Positions 42,841 to 51,454 of a stretch of 59,040 bases of DNA are shown here, in pieces. Position 1 is the stretch's first letter, and each line of letters begins with the position of its first letter. The DNA is from Candidatus Kaiserbacteria bacterium RIFCSPHIGHO2_02_FULL_49_34 (lineage in GTDB: Bacteria > Patescibacteriota > Minisyncoccia > Phycocordibacterales > UBA918). Below the pieces are notes generated by a model. It saw nothing but the letters and a program-made list of their open reading frames with translations. It had not been told where the DNA came from and made no database searches. Both the position numbers and the translations under genes were made by a program. The stretch lies in NCBI GenBank assembly GCA_001781205.1, contig MFLE01000017.1, positions 1 through 59,040 on the forward strand, read 5' to 3'.

Positions 42841-42853
42841 GTAGTGGAGCTCC

Positions 42854-43288
42854 TTATTGGTTGATGGTAATCGTGCCAGACGAAACATTGCCGCGTACCG
42901 TATCTGCATCGCCGTTTTGCGAGGTGTCCGTTGCGGTTGCACTGCTCGTCACATTCACGCTCGAGCCAGTTTCCGACGAAATTGTCGTGACGGTCGAGCC
43001 GTTAATGTTCGAGACTTGCGAACTTTGTGCCTGACATGAGCCTTCAACGTCGCAATTCTGCGTGGAATAGAAATTCCCGTAGTAGTGCTGCGTTGTCGTA
43101 ACCTTGGTACGGTTACCCAAGAGCTCGTTGCGGAGCATATGCTCCTTGAGTGCGAGGTCGATGATTTCGTAACGGGGTGTGAGTGACGTGGTACTTCCCC
43201 ACGCACGCGCACCATCGCCCGCATTCGCGTATTGCGCCGCCGTAGCAGCAAGTGCGAACCCAGCAATGATCAACAGTTTGATCTTCAT
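42854..43288 (-). CDS. small secreted Ser/Thr/Asn/Gln-rich protein (HfaA/minor-curlin-like role inferred)
   Basis: GGAGAG Shine-Dalgarno and signal MKIKLLIIAGFALAATAAQYANA. The C-terminal half reads QSSQVSNINGSTVTTISSETGSSVNVTSSATATDTSQNG. Lies 13 nt upstream of the CsgG-like gene. Confidence 0.6.
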   Translation of the reverse strand: MKIKLLIIAGFALAATAAQYANAGDGARAWGSTTSLTPRYEIIDLALKEHMLRNELLGNRTKVTTTQHYYGNFYSTQNCDVEGSCQAQSSQVSNINGSTVTTISSETGSSVNVTSSATATDTSQNGDADTVRGNVSSGTITINQ

Positions 43289-43390
43289 ACTTTCTCTCCA
43301 ATTGATGTAAAAGAACCTCATCACCACAGGTGATGCCAAAAGAAATTATCACAAAATCAACATAATGTCAATGGTTTCATATCAGGCGTA

Positions 43391-43419
43391 TTGACTTATG
43401 ATATTATTTATGGTATAAA
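43391..43419 (+). promoter_or_regulatory. sigma-70-type promoter
   Basis: TTGACT, 17 nt spacer, TATAAA, with TGG immediately upstream of the -10 box. About 40 nt upstream of the ATG at 43459. Confidence 0.6.
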
Positions 43420-43458
43420 TAACCTGTTGATAGTCCTTTGAAATTTTGGAGAAATCTG

Positions 43459-43749
43459 ATGAATACTTTCTTCTTGGTTTTTGCACTCATTGCCCTTGCA
43501 CCGTTCGTCTATCACATTCTGGTACATGGAGTAAAAACTCCCCTGCCAGAAGCTGAGACAACAAGCGGTATGTTGCGTGTCCGTTATTGGCCAAGTGCTG
43601 CTTTCCTTCTCTGGATAGCATTCAATGCACTGGTACTGATGTCACTTCTGGCTTCGCCGGATGCGGCGTTTATGCACAGTGTACACCACGAGACACTCCA
43701 CTACGTTCTTTATACCCCCATCCGTATCTTTGCCGAATTTTTCGGTTAA
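43459..43749 (+). CDS. small hypothetical membrane protein
   Basis: ATG at 43459 inside track ORF 43438-43749 (which begins at TTG). Two hydrophobic helices. Confidence 0.45.
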   Translation: MNTFFLVFALIALAPFVYHILVHGVKTPLPEAETTSGMLRVRYWPSAAFLLWIAFNALVLMSLLASPDAAFMHSVHHETLHYVLYTPIRIFAEFFG

Positions 43750-43780
43750 GAACAAGATTGGCGCACAAAACCCCGTTTCG

Positions 43781-44524
43781 TTACGGGGTTTCTTTTTTGT
43801 TTATTTTTTTCGTGATGAAATCGGTGAATTCTGACGGGAGTTCTGTGGAGAATTTTTTTTCTTCACCCTCTGGAAGAGCAATAGTGAGCGCGTATGCATG
43901 GAGGAGAATACGTGGAACCTCCTGTGTGCTCTCACTTTGCTCTTTTGATGCGTAGAGCCAGTCGCCTACAATAGGATGTACAATCGAGGTGAGATGTGCA
44001 CGAAGCTGGTGGGTGCGACCTGTTTTCGGTAAGAGGCGCACATGTGCGAAGTGTGCGTTTTGGGTAATGAGTTCCCAATCAGTTACCGCATCGCGGAGCG
44101 TACCTATTGCGGTTTTAAAGGCAGAACGTTTGCGGGGATCACTTTTTGAACGGCCAATTGGCGCTTCGATACGTCCTTTGATCGCTTTGAAATAACCATA
44201 CACAATGGCGTGATATTCTTTATGCGCAAGCCGGTCATGAAATTGCGCTTTCAAATGTTCGTAGGCTGGTTGATTTTTTGCAAGGATAAGCACACCGGAA
44301 GTACCTTTGTCGAGACGATGAACAACACCACTACGCTCAATAAGATTCCCCTGCATATCAAATTGTGGTTCACCAACACCCTTTGCATCAGGGTATTTTT
44401 GTATGAACCATGAAACAACCGTCTCCTCTGCACTCCCTTGTTTTTCTTCATGCACAAGAAGACCACTTGGCTTGTTGATAACGAGAACATTTTTGTCCTC
44501 GTAGATAATTTCTATAGTTTTCAT
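43781..44524 (-). CDS. RluA-family pseudouridine synthase (no S4 domain)
   Basis: VVHRLDKGTSGVLILAK catalytic Asp motif, and LPKTGRTHQLRAH. Confidence 0.85.
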   Translation of the reverse strand: MKTIEIIYEDKNVLVINKPSGLLVHEEKQGSAEETVVSWFIQKYPDAKGVGEPQFDMQGNLIERSGVVHRLDKGTSGVLILAKNQPAYEHLKAQFHDRLAHKEYHAIVYGYFKAIKGRIEAPIGRSKSDPRKRSAFKTAIGTLRDAVTDWELITQNAHFAHVRLLPKTGRTHQLRAHLTSIVHPIVGDWLYASKEQSESTQEVPRILLHAYALTIALPEGEEKKFSTELPSEFTDFITKKINKKETP

Positions 44525-44533
44525 GTTGTTTTT

Positions 44534-44809
44534 TTAAGCTTTTACTGAAAAATCATCGTATAAGATCTTCGGTGTACGAAACTCCGTTGCAACACCGGAA
44601 ACTTTTGCGAGCACAGACCCCTCTTGGAGAAGTTCAGAAAATGCACGAAGTTTCTCGGGATATCCTTGTGCAAGAATTTCAACGGTGTCGTCGCTCTTAT
44701 TTTTAACCCAACCTTTTAGCCCCAGTTCCTCTGCATTTGCACGCACAAAATCACGATAGCCAACTCCTTGTACCTTCCCAGAAATCACCGCATGTAGTTC
44801 TGTAAGCAT
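44534..44809 (-). CDS. acyP: acylphosphatase
   Basis: 91 aa with ISGKVQGVGYRDFV and GWVKN, typical of acylphosphatase. Confidence 0.85.
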   Translation of the reverse strand: MLTELHAVISGKVQGVGYRDFVRANAEELGLKGWVKNKSDDTVEILAQGYPEKLRAFSELLQEGSVLAKVSGVATEFRTPKILYDDFSVKA

Positions 44810-44845
44810 GTTGCGACAATAGCACGAAAGAAAAAAACGCGCGAG

Positions 44846-45001
44846 CCCTTACTTTGCATAGGATTATCCAAAATAAAACTCTCAAATTTCAGTCTCTACG
44901 ACGAGCCGGAGCAGGAGCCTTGTGAGTACAAGGTGAGTGCGAGGCGAAATCGTAGAGGCGAAATTTGTGAGTTTTATGGATAATATTATGTGAAGTAAGG
45001 G
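44846..45001. repeat. GTGAGTG-core long-hairpin family, copy 2 (about 155 nt)
   Basis: Outer arms 44846-44890 and 44961-45001 are complementary. An inner stem gtctctacga/tcgtagaggc encloses the core GGAGC-cttgt-gagt-acaag-GTGAGTG. Confidence 0.5.
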
Positions 45002-45868
45002 CTACTGCGCGTTTGATTCTGATTCTTCTGATTCTTCGCTAACCGTCTCCTCAACAACCTCCTCTTCTGGTGCTGTCACTTCAACTTCCTTAATGGTAAG
45101 AAGTTCCTTTACTTCTGCTGCAGCAATGAGTTCATCGATGTGTGCACGAATCTTTTCTTCACGTGCGGTGTTTGCAAGATATTCACGTACCTGTTCCTTG
45201 ATACCTTCGAATTCAGGAATCTCAACCCCAGGTTCTACATTTGCAGTACGTTCTTTGTAGAACGCCTTCACAACGTCATCAGTAATGCTTGCGGTATCTG
45301 ATGGAATTGTTTTTTCCATATAATTACTCAAGAGCGTCTGTTCAACAACTGATGTACGGTAGGCGTTGTATGTAATACCCATTCGTTTCAGTTCTTCTTT
45401 TACCGCATCTTCGCCACCCATCTGAATTGAAGTTGCAAGAATTTGTTCATTAACTTTTTCCTCATCTACCTCTGTTTGTGCGGCGCGAGCTGCTTGGAGC
45501 AAGACTTCGTTTTCAATCACGGTCTTAAGTGCCGCCTTTTTAATTTCTACTGCGATAGCGTCATCAGAAAGGGTAATGCCATTACTTGTTGCGAGATTTG
45601 CAACGGCAGCAAGTGCGGTATTGTAACGTTCACGTGAAATTTTCACATTGTTTACCTCTGCTACTGCACCAATACGTCCATTACGAAGTTCTGCGGGAAG
45701 AAGTGGTGGATACTGTGGTACGATTTTTTGATAGCCAACATATCCTCCGGTAAGCACAACCGCAACGGTAAGTGCACTAAAAATTGCTTTCAACGGTACG
45801 CGAATTACGCGCTTAGCAGATGGTGTATCTACTGGTGTATTGTGTTCATGTTCCATAGCAAATATCAT
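45002..45868 (-). CDS. SurA N-terminal-domain-like membrane-anchored chaperone (no PPIase domain seen)
   Basis: Start taken at MIFAMEHEH (AAGGGG Shine-Dalgarno). Single TM, then a helical domain resembling PpiD/PrsA/SurA N-terminal regions, then an acidic tail. The upstream 112 codons of the track ORF look non-coding. Confidence 0.55.
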   Translation of the reverse strand: MIFAMEHEHNTPVDTPSAKRVIRVPLKAIFSALTVAVVLTGGYVGYQKIVPQYPPLLPAELRNGRIGAVAEVNNVKISRERYNTALAAVANLATSNGITLSDDAIAVEIKKAALKTVIENEVLLQAARAAQTEVDEEKVNEQILATSIQMGGEDAVKEELKRMGITYNAYRTSVVEQTLLSNYMEKTIPSDTASITDDVVKAFYKERTANVEPGVEIPEFEGIKEQVREYLANTAREEKIRAHIDELIAAAEVKELLTIKEVEVTAPEEEVVEETVSEESEESESNAQ

Positions 45869-45936
45869 ACCCCTTTTCAAATACTTGCGCAAGAACAATT
45901 TTTTTGTTACAACATGCCAAACTAAATAATAAAAAT

Positions 45937-46149
45937 ATGTTTCAAGATCTTGCAGATGACAATAATCTCGATGATGTAATGCTCGACGGCGATGATTTTC
46001 CCGTTGACGATGAGGAGCTTGAGGTAGAGAGTTCAAACAGCTCACCTGAAGATCTTCTTCGCGATAACGACGGGAATGATCCTGCGGGCGATGAAGATGA
46101 TGATGAAAATCCTCTTTTTGACTCGTTTGAAGACCGCGATCTTCTCTAA
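45937..46149 (+). CDS. possible small highly acidic protein (70 aa)
   Basis: MFQDLADDNNLDDVMLDGDDFPVDDEELE..DEDDDENPLFDSFEDRDLL. Preferred over the antisense extension of 45002-46204, but support is weak. Confidence 0.35.
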   Translation: MFQDLADDNNLDDVMLDGDDFPVDDEELEVESSNSSPEDLLRDNDGNDPAGDEDDDENPLFDSFEDRDLL

Positions 46150-46257
46150 TGCGGAGTTTATGCCCCTGGGGTACTTCTTCCTGCTCTCGTTCGGTCATAT
46201 CCAAGTCTCCGCTAACGCTCCGGCTTTGCTATGACGCTCACTCGTTTGAAAGATAAT

Positions 46258-46291
46258 AAAAAAATCCACACAAGAAATTGTGTGGATTTTT
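46258..46291. terminator. intrinsic terminator after tyrS
   Basis: aaaaaaatccacacaa-gaaa-ttgtgtggattttttt. Confidence 0.75.
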
Positions 46292-47464
46292 TTAAATAAG
46301 TTTTACGAAACGTCGCTTCCCTATTTTTAGAACAGTTGGTTTAGTAATTTTTTCGGGAAATATCTCATATTTCTCACCAGTTTCTATATTACTAACTGCA
46401 CCTGCTGCGAGGAGTGTACGGAGTTCGGTTTTTGATTTTATGATTTCTTTTTCAAGAAGAGTGTCGATATACGGCGTTGAAATTTCTTCAACATCATCGG
46501 GGATGCCGCCTTTTTGGAATGTATCGATGAATGCCTGCTGTGCAGCGTCTGCTGCTCCTTGAGTATAATACATTCTCACGAGTTCATGTGCGAGACGCAT
46601 CTTAATATCGCGTGGATTCATTCCTTGTGAGAGCTGATGTGACATTTCGGCAATTTCTTCAAGTGGAATACGAGTACAGACCGTGAGGTAGGTAATAATA
46701 TCGTCGTCACGCATACTCATAACTTTGCCAAACATTTCATTTGGTTCCATGGTGAGTGCAATAACGTTACCTTTTGAAGATGACATTTTTTGGCCGTCTA
46801 CACCGTTAATAATTGGCCCGAGGACGATTGATTGCGGCTTCTGTCCAAAGTGTGGCTGAATGGTGCGCCCAGCGAGATTATTGAAGCGTTGATCACTGCC
46901 GCCAATTTCCACATCTGACCTTACCGCAACAGAGTCATATCCTTGCATGAGCGGATACATCATTTCACGAAGCGACACACGCTTCCCTGCATCGAGACGA
47001 AGTCTGATATTTTCGCGGGCAATAAATTCTGCCACGGAGAAAATATCAGCAATTTCTCCGATTTCGCGAAAAGATAGTTTATTAAGCCAATCTCCATTGT
47101 GACAAAACTCAACCTTGTCCATGTCGAGAATTTTTGCAATCTGATCGTAGTAAGCTTCTTTATTTTCATCAATAGTCGCTTGTTCAAGCATGGGGCGTTC
47201 TGCAGTTTTGTCGGAAGTATCACCAATAACTCCTGTCGCATCGCCAATAATAAGGACGATTTGATGCCCAAGCTCTTGAAAATCACGCAATTTTAAAAGC
47301 GGAATAGATCGGCCAATATGGACATTCTTACTCGTTGGATCAATCCCCAACTTAATACGAAGCTTTTCACCAGCAAGCATGCGCTTTTTGAGTTCTTCGG
47401 CGCCAATTACCTCCGCGACACCACGAGAAAGTACTGCGTCTATTCTTTTTTCATCAGTTATCAT
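46292..47464 (-). CDS. tyrS: tyrosine--tRNA ligase
   Basis: HIG motif (NVHIGRSIP), KMSSSKGN (KMSKS), and a C-terminal S4-like domain. Start taken at MITDEKR. Confidence 0.85.
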   Translation of the reverse strand: MITDEKRIDAVLSRGVAEVIGAEELKKRMLAGEKLRIKLGIDPTSKNVHIGRSIPLLKLRDFQELGHQIVLIIGDATGVIGDTSDKTAERPMLEQATIDENKEAYYDQIAKILDMDKVEFCHNGDWLNKLSFREIGEIADIFSVAEFIARENIRLRLDAGKRVSLREMMYPLMQGYDSVAVRSDVEIGGSDQRFNNLAGRTIQPHFGQKPQSIVLGPIINGVDGQKMSSSKGNVIALTMEPNEMFGKVMSMRDDDIITYLTVCTRIPLEEIAEMSHQLSQGMNPRDIKMRLAHELVRMYYTQGAADAAQQAFIDTFQKGGIPDDVEEISTPYIDTLLEKEIIKSKTELRTLLAAGAVSNIETGEKYEIFPEKITKPTVLKIGKRRFVKLI

Positions 47465-47502
47465 GTATTGCATGCTACTATAATGTGAGTATAGTAGCAA
47501 CT

Positions 47503-49731
47503 ATGAAGAAACAAACAAAACCATCACGTTTCCGCCGTATTTTGGGAGATATCGTCATTTTTGGCGCTGTCCTCTTTTTGGTTGCGGTCGGTAGCATTTT
47601 TGTATGGGTCGCAACGCTAGATATTCCTGACCTTTCTGCGTTTAATCAACGCCTTGTCGCACAATCAACAAAAATTTACGACCGCACTGGTGAAACAATT
47701 CTCTATGATACAAACAGTGATGTTCGTCGTACCGTTGTTCGCTATGAGGAAATTTCCGATAATATCAAGAATGGAACCATTGCTATTGAAGATGCAGAAT
47801 TTTGGACACATGCCGGCGTACGCCCTACCGCAATTATCCGCTCAATGTTTACCTCACTCTCACAAGGAAAAGGTGTCTTTAGTGGTGGGGGCGGCTCAAC
47901 GATTACGCAGCAGGTCATCAAAAACTCAGTACTTCAACAAGAGCGATCTCTCACTCGTAAAATTAAAGAAGCCATTCTCTCAATTCGCCTTGAACAAGTA
48001 ATGGAAAAGGATGAGATTTTGCTCACCTACCTCAATGAATCACCCTACGGTGGTACTATTTATGGTGTCGAAGAAGCATCACAAGCATTTTTTGGAAAAC
48101 ATGCATACGAAGTCACTCTTGCTGAAGCCGCGTACCTAGCCTCTCTTCCTCAGGCCCCAACACGACTCTCTCCATACTCACAGGAATTCCGCGACCCAGA
48201 AACTCGTCCAGAGACACAACTAGAGAAGCGTAAAAATTACGTTCTCACCCGTATGGTTGAAGAAGGAATGATTTCTCAAGAAGATGCGGAGAGGGCACAA
48301 GATGAAGAAGTTGTCTGGAAACCATATGTTTCTGCAAAAATTCGCGCGCCACATTATGTTATGTATGTTCTTGAGCAACTAGAAACACAATTCGGCGACG
48401 AGGTTTTGAATAAGGGATATAAAATCATTACTGCCGTCGATCTGAAACTTCAAGAAAAAGCAGAAGAAATTGTAAAAGAATACGCGTTAAAAAATGATGC
48501 TGCATATAATGCTGCAAACGCCGCTCTTGTTGCACAGGATCCTAAAAACGGTGATGTTCTTGTCCTTATTGGATCACGAGACTTTTTTGAAGAAGATACA
48601 ACCGATGCTCGTTTAGGCCCACAATATAATGTTGCCACCAAGGAAACACCAGGGCGGCAGCCGGGTTCTGCATTCAAGCCATTTATTTACGCTACTGCAT
48701 TCGAAAAAGGATATACTCCTGACTCAATCCTCTTCGATGTTGAAACACAGTTCTCTACCGCCTGTGCAGTGGATAACTTCAAAACAAACATTGAAGATGC
48801 AAATTGTTATTCACCAAAGAACTACGACAACACCTTCCGTGGTCCTGTTTCAATACGAAACGCACTCGCACAATCTTTAAACGTTCCTGCGGTAAAAATG
48901 TTCTACCTTGCCGGCAGAAAATCATCAGTAAAAACCGCTCGGGATATGGGTATCACCACTCTTCCTGACACAACACCATCACTCGACCTCGTGCTTGGAT
49001 CAGGAGAGGTTACCCTCTCGCAAATGGTTGGCGCATATGCTGTCTTTGCAACTGAGGGAGAACGTGTCGCACAACGCACTATTCTTTCTATCGAGGATAC
49101 TCGTGGTAAAAAAATAATGGAATTTGAAGAGCAACACCTCGGTCGTGTTCTTGAACGAAATACCGCATTGAATATTTCTAATATTCTTTCTGATAATACT
49201 GCACGAACACCTCTTTTCGGAGCAAACTCACCACTTTATTTTGAAGGGAGAGATGTTGCCGCAAAAACAGGTACCACAAACAACAAAAAAGACGTATGGG
49301 TTATCGGGTATGCTCCAAACCTTGTCGCTGGCGCGTGGGCAGGTAACAACAATAACAAAGAGATGAAGGAGTTGTCAGGACTTATTATTACGCCACTCTG
49401 GCGAGCGTTTATGGATGAAGCACTGAAAGATCTTCCTATTGAAACGTTCCCAGAACCAACACACACCACAACAGGAAAACCAATTCTTGATGGTATGTGG
49501 CTCGGTATGAATGAAGGTGGTGAGCCAGAAATTCATTCAGAACTTTATTTTATTGATACTGAGAATCCAACAGGAAATAACCCCTCAAATCCTAACAGTG
49601 ACCCTCAGTTTAAATACTGGGAGTACGGCGTTCTTAACTGGCTCCAGTCACTTCTTGGTAATAACACCGGCTCATTCCCTGGGTTTGGACTACCTACAGT
49701 AGCCACTACAACAACCGAGGTTATTGATTGA
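47503..49731 (+). CDS. class A penicillin-binding protein (glycosyltransferase + transpeptidase)
   Basis: GT51 motifs EDAEFWTHAGV, GGSTITQQ and RKIKE. Transpeptidase motifs SAFKPF (SxxK) and KTGTT. Confidence 0.9.
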   Translation: MKKQTKPSRFRRILGDIVIFGAVLFLVAVGSIFVWVATLDIPDLSAFNQRLVAQSTKIYDRTGETILYDTNSDVRRTVVRYEEISDNIKNGTIAIEDAEFWTHAGVRPTAIIRSMFTSLSQGKGVFSGGGGSTITQQVIKNSVLQQERSLTRKIKEAILSIRLEQVMEKDEILLTYLNESPYGGTIYGVEEASQAFFGKHAYEVTLAEAAYLASLPQAPTRLSPYSQEFRDPETRPETQLEKRKNYVLTRMVEEGMISQEDAERAQDEEVVWKPYVSAKIRAPHYVMYVLEQLETQFGDEVLNKGYKIITAVDLKLQEKAEEIVKEYALKNDAAYNAANAALVAQDPKNGDVLVLIGSRDFFEEDTTDARLGPQYNVATKETPGRQPGSAFKPFIYATAFEKGYTPDSILFDVETQFSTACAVDNFKTNIEDANCYSPKNYDNTFRGPVSIRNALAQSLNVPAVKMFYLAGRKSSVKTARDMGITTLPDTTPSLDLVLGSGEVTLSQMVGAYAVFATEGERVAQRTILSIEDTRGKKIMEFEEQHLGRVLERNTALNISNILSDNTARTPLFGANSPLYFEGRDVAAKTGTTNNKKDVWVIGYAPNLVAGAWAGNNNNKEMKELSGLIITPLWRAFMDEALKDLPIETFPEPTHTTTGKPILDGMWLGMNEGGEPEIHSELYFIDTENPTGNNPSNPNSDPQFKYWEYGVLNWLQSLLGNNTGSFPGFGLPTVATTTTEVID

Positions 49732-49776
49732 TAAAAAAAAATACACTCTCTTTAATATGAGGGTGTATTTTTTTGA

Positions 49777-49905
49777 CTCTGGATCCCGTCAGGATAAAAA
49801 AATGAAGGGAATAAGTTATGAATTTAGTGATGGTTAAAATCGATTTTAACCATCACATAATTTAAAACATCACACTTAACATTTGTTGTCTTGACAGGAT
49901 CCAGG
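49777..49905. mobile_element. MITE-like inverted-repeat element, copy 3
   Basis: Arms ctctggatcccgtcaggat / ttgacaggatccag around the central palindrome ggttaaaatcgattttaacc. Confidence 0.55.
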
Positions 49906-49921
49906 CGTTAGAGAAAAATAC

Positions 49922-50221
49922 TTACAGTATAAGTTTCGGAACATTCTTCGCACCTATTGTTTCTTTGAGATTACTTAAAATCTCATCTTGGCGCATTTTT
50001 ATTTCTTGTTTAAACATTCCTGTTGCATTGAGGTGTAATGTTTTAGAAGAAGGAACATATGACACAAATCGAGGATCAAGTTTCATTCCCAGAACCTCTT
50101 CAACCGAAACACAAAATGCTTCAATTACTGATTTTTGTGGCGCAATAAGCCGCGCAGCAATCGCAGCAAACATTCCATTTAAAGGCTTGGTTTGCGTTGG
50201 CTTAAAAATTCTTGGCTGCAT
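49922..50221 (-). CDS. DUF721/DciA-like protein
   Basis: 99 aa, positioned immediately after dnaN. The pattern FVSYVPSSKTLHLNATGMFKQEIKMRQDEILSNL fits DUF721. The call rests on family pattern and synteny. Confidence 0.55.
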   Translation of the reverse strand: MQPRIFKPTQTKPLNGMFAAIAARLIAPQKSVIEAFCVSVEEVLGMKLDPRFVSYVPSSKTLHLNATGMFKQEIKMRQDEILSNLKETIGAKNVPKLIL

Positions 50222-50246
50222 ATTTTCAATAAACTCTCAGAGGATT

Positions 50247-50358
50247 TTCAAAAATGAGTGAAGTTGTGCTGGTTGGAAGAAATTTTTACAGGAGCCGTAC
50301 TCAACGTACGGTGAGTGGAAAAATTTCTGAAACTAGTGCAAATTCATTTATTTTTGGA
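50247..50358. repeat. GTGAGTG-core long-hairpin family, copy 3 (about 110 nt)
   Basis: 28-nt arms 50247-50274 and 50331-50358 give 21 Watson-Crick pairs, 6 G-U pairs and 1 mismatch when read on the plus strand. Inner 10-bp stem agaaattttt/aaaaatttct. Core GGAGC-cgtac-tcaac-gtacg-GTGAGTG. Confidence 0.5.
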
Positions 50359-50362
50359 AGTC

Positions 50363-51454
50363 CTACCTATTCATTGGCATAACGAGATACCTAAGTGACT
50401 TATCATATACCCCTTCAATAACCATTGGACGACCTATACCGGTAAAATGCACCGTAAGACTGTCATCGGTGATGTAATTAAGAATATCTTGTAGGTATTT
50501 TTGATTTACGGAAATAGAAATATCTGAGCCTTCTTGTGCAATAGTAATGTTTTCTTCAGTCATACCTGTATCTCCTTTTGAAGAAAGATTTAAAGTACCG
50601 TTTGTGAGTGTGAGAGTGAGTTGTGAGAATTTATTCAAGAAAACGTTCGTACGACGAAGTGCATTCACTACATCCTGCACTAAAATGGTTGCATGTGTTG
50701 AAAATTCCTTAGGCATGATTTGATTGTAATCTGGGAAATTACCTGCAACCGAACGAGAAGTAATCTGAATATGCCCCCAGCTCAAAACACACTGGTTTTC
50801 GGCAATGGTAAGCTTCGGGTCATCTTTGTTGCTCTCAGCTATTTTCGCGAGTTCTAGGGCGTTTTTTGCGGGAATGAGGATGTGTCCTGTGAGAACTACG
50901 TTTGCCATCGGGATTGTTTTCTCTGCAAGGCGAAATGAGTCAGTTGCAACAAAGGTGAGGGTATTTTCTTTCTTCTGATAGATATACACACAACCTAGCT
51001 CTGGTTTGATAGAATTTTGTGATGCGGCAAATGCTACTGTTTTAATACCATACGCAAAATTCTTACCAGACACATTGTAGGCATCACCTTCAATCACCGG
51101 AAGGCTTGGAAAATCACTCGCATTCTGTGTAGCGATTGATGTTTTTGATGTTTTTGTAGTAATAGTAAGAGTATCACCTTCTGCGAAGAGTGTGACCTCT
51201 GGATGGGTAATAAGTGAGATGGTTTGCAGGAGCACATGTGCTGGTACTGCAATAGATCCTTCGTGCTCAATACGACCCTTCACCGTTCCTTCAACACCAA
51301 TCTCAAGGTTTGTTGCACGATAGGTAATCACTCCTTCTGCTGACGCATGTAAATACACACACTGGAGAATAGGGAGTGTTGGATGTTTGATGCTGACACG
51401 AGAGACTATCTCAAGAACACTACGTAACTCTTCGGTGGGGATGTGGATATGCAT
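50363..51454 (-). CDS. dnaN: DNA polymerase III beta sliding clamp
   Basis: 363 aa with three-domain clamp length. The N-terminus ..LEIVSRVSIKHPTLPILQCVYL.. and the position next to dnaA are typical. Confidence 0.9.
   Translation of the reverse strand: MHIHIPTEELRSVLEIVSRVSIKHPTLPILQCVYLHASAEGVITYRATNLEIGVEGTVKGRIEHEGSIAVPAHVLLQTISLITHPEVTLFAEGDTLTITTKTSKTSIATQNASDFPSLPVIEGDAYNVSGKNFAYGIKTVAFAASQNSIKPELGCVYIYQKKENTLTFVATDSFRLAEKTIPMANVVLTGHILIPAKNALELAKIAESNKDDPKLTIAENQCVLSWGHIQITSRSVAGNFPDYNQIMPKEFSTHATILVQDVVNALRRTNVFLNKFSQLTLTLTNGTLNLSSKGDTGMTEENITIAQEGSDISISVNQKYLQDILNYITDDSLTVHFTGIGRPMVIEGVYDKSLRYLVMPMNR

Noticed and set aside
45869-46204. N-terminal 112 codons of track ORF 45002-46204
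   Set aside because: The His/Arg/Gln-rich sequence does not look like a protein. A good internal start with a Shine-Dalgarno at 45868 gives a normal TM-anchored protein. The opposite strand may instead encode a small acidic protein.
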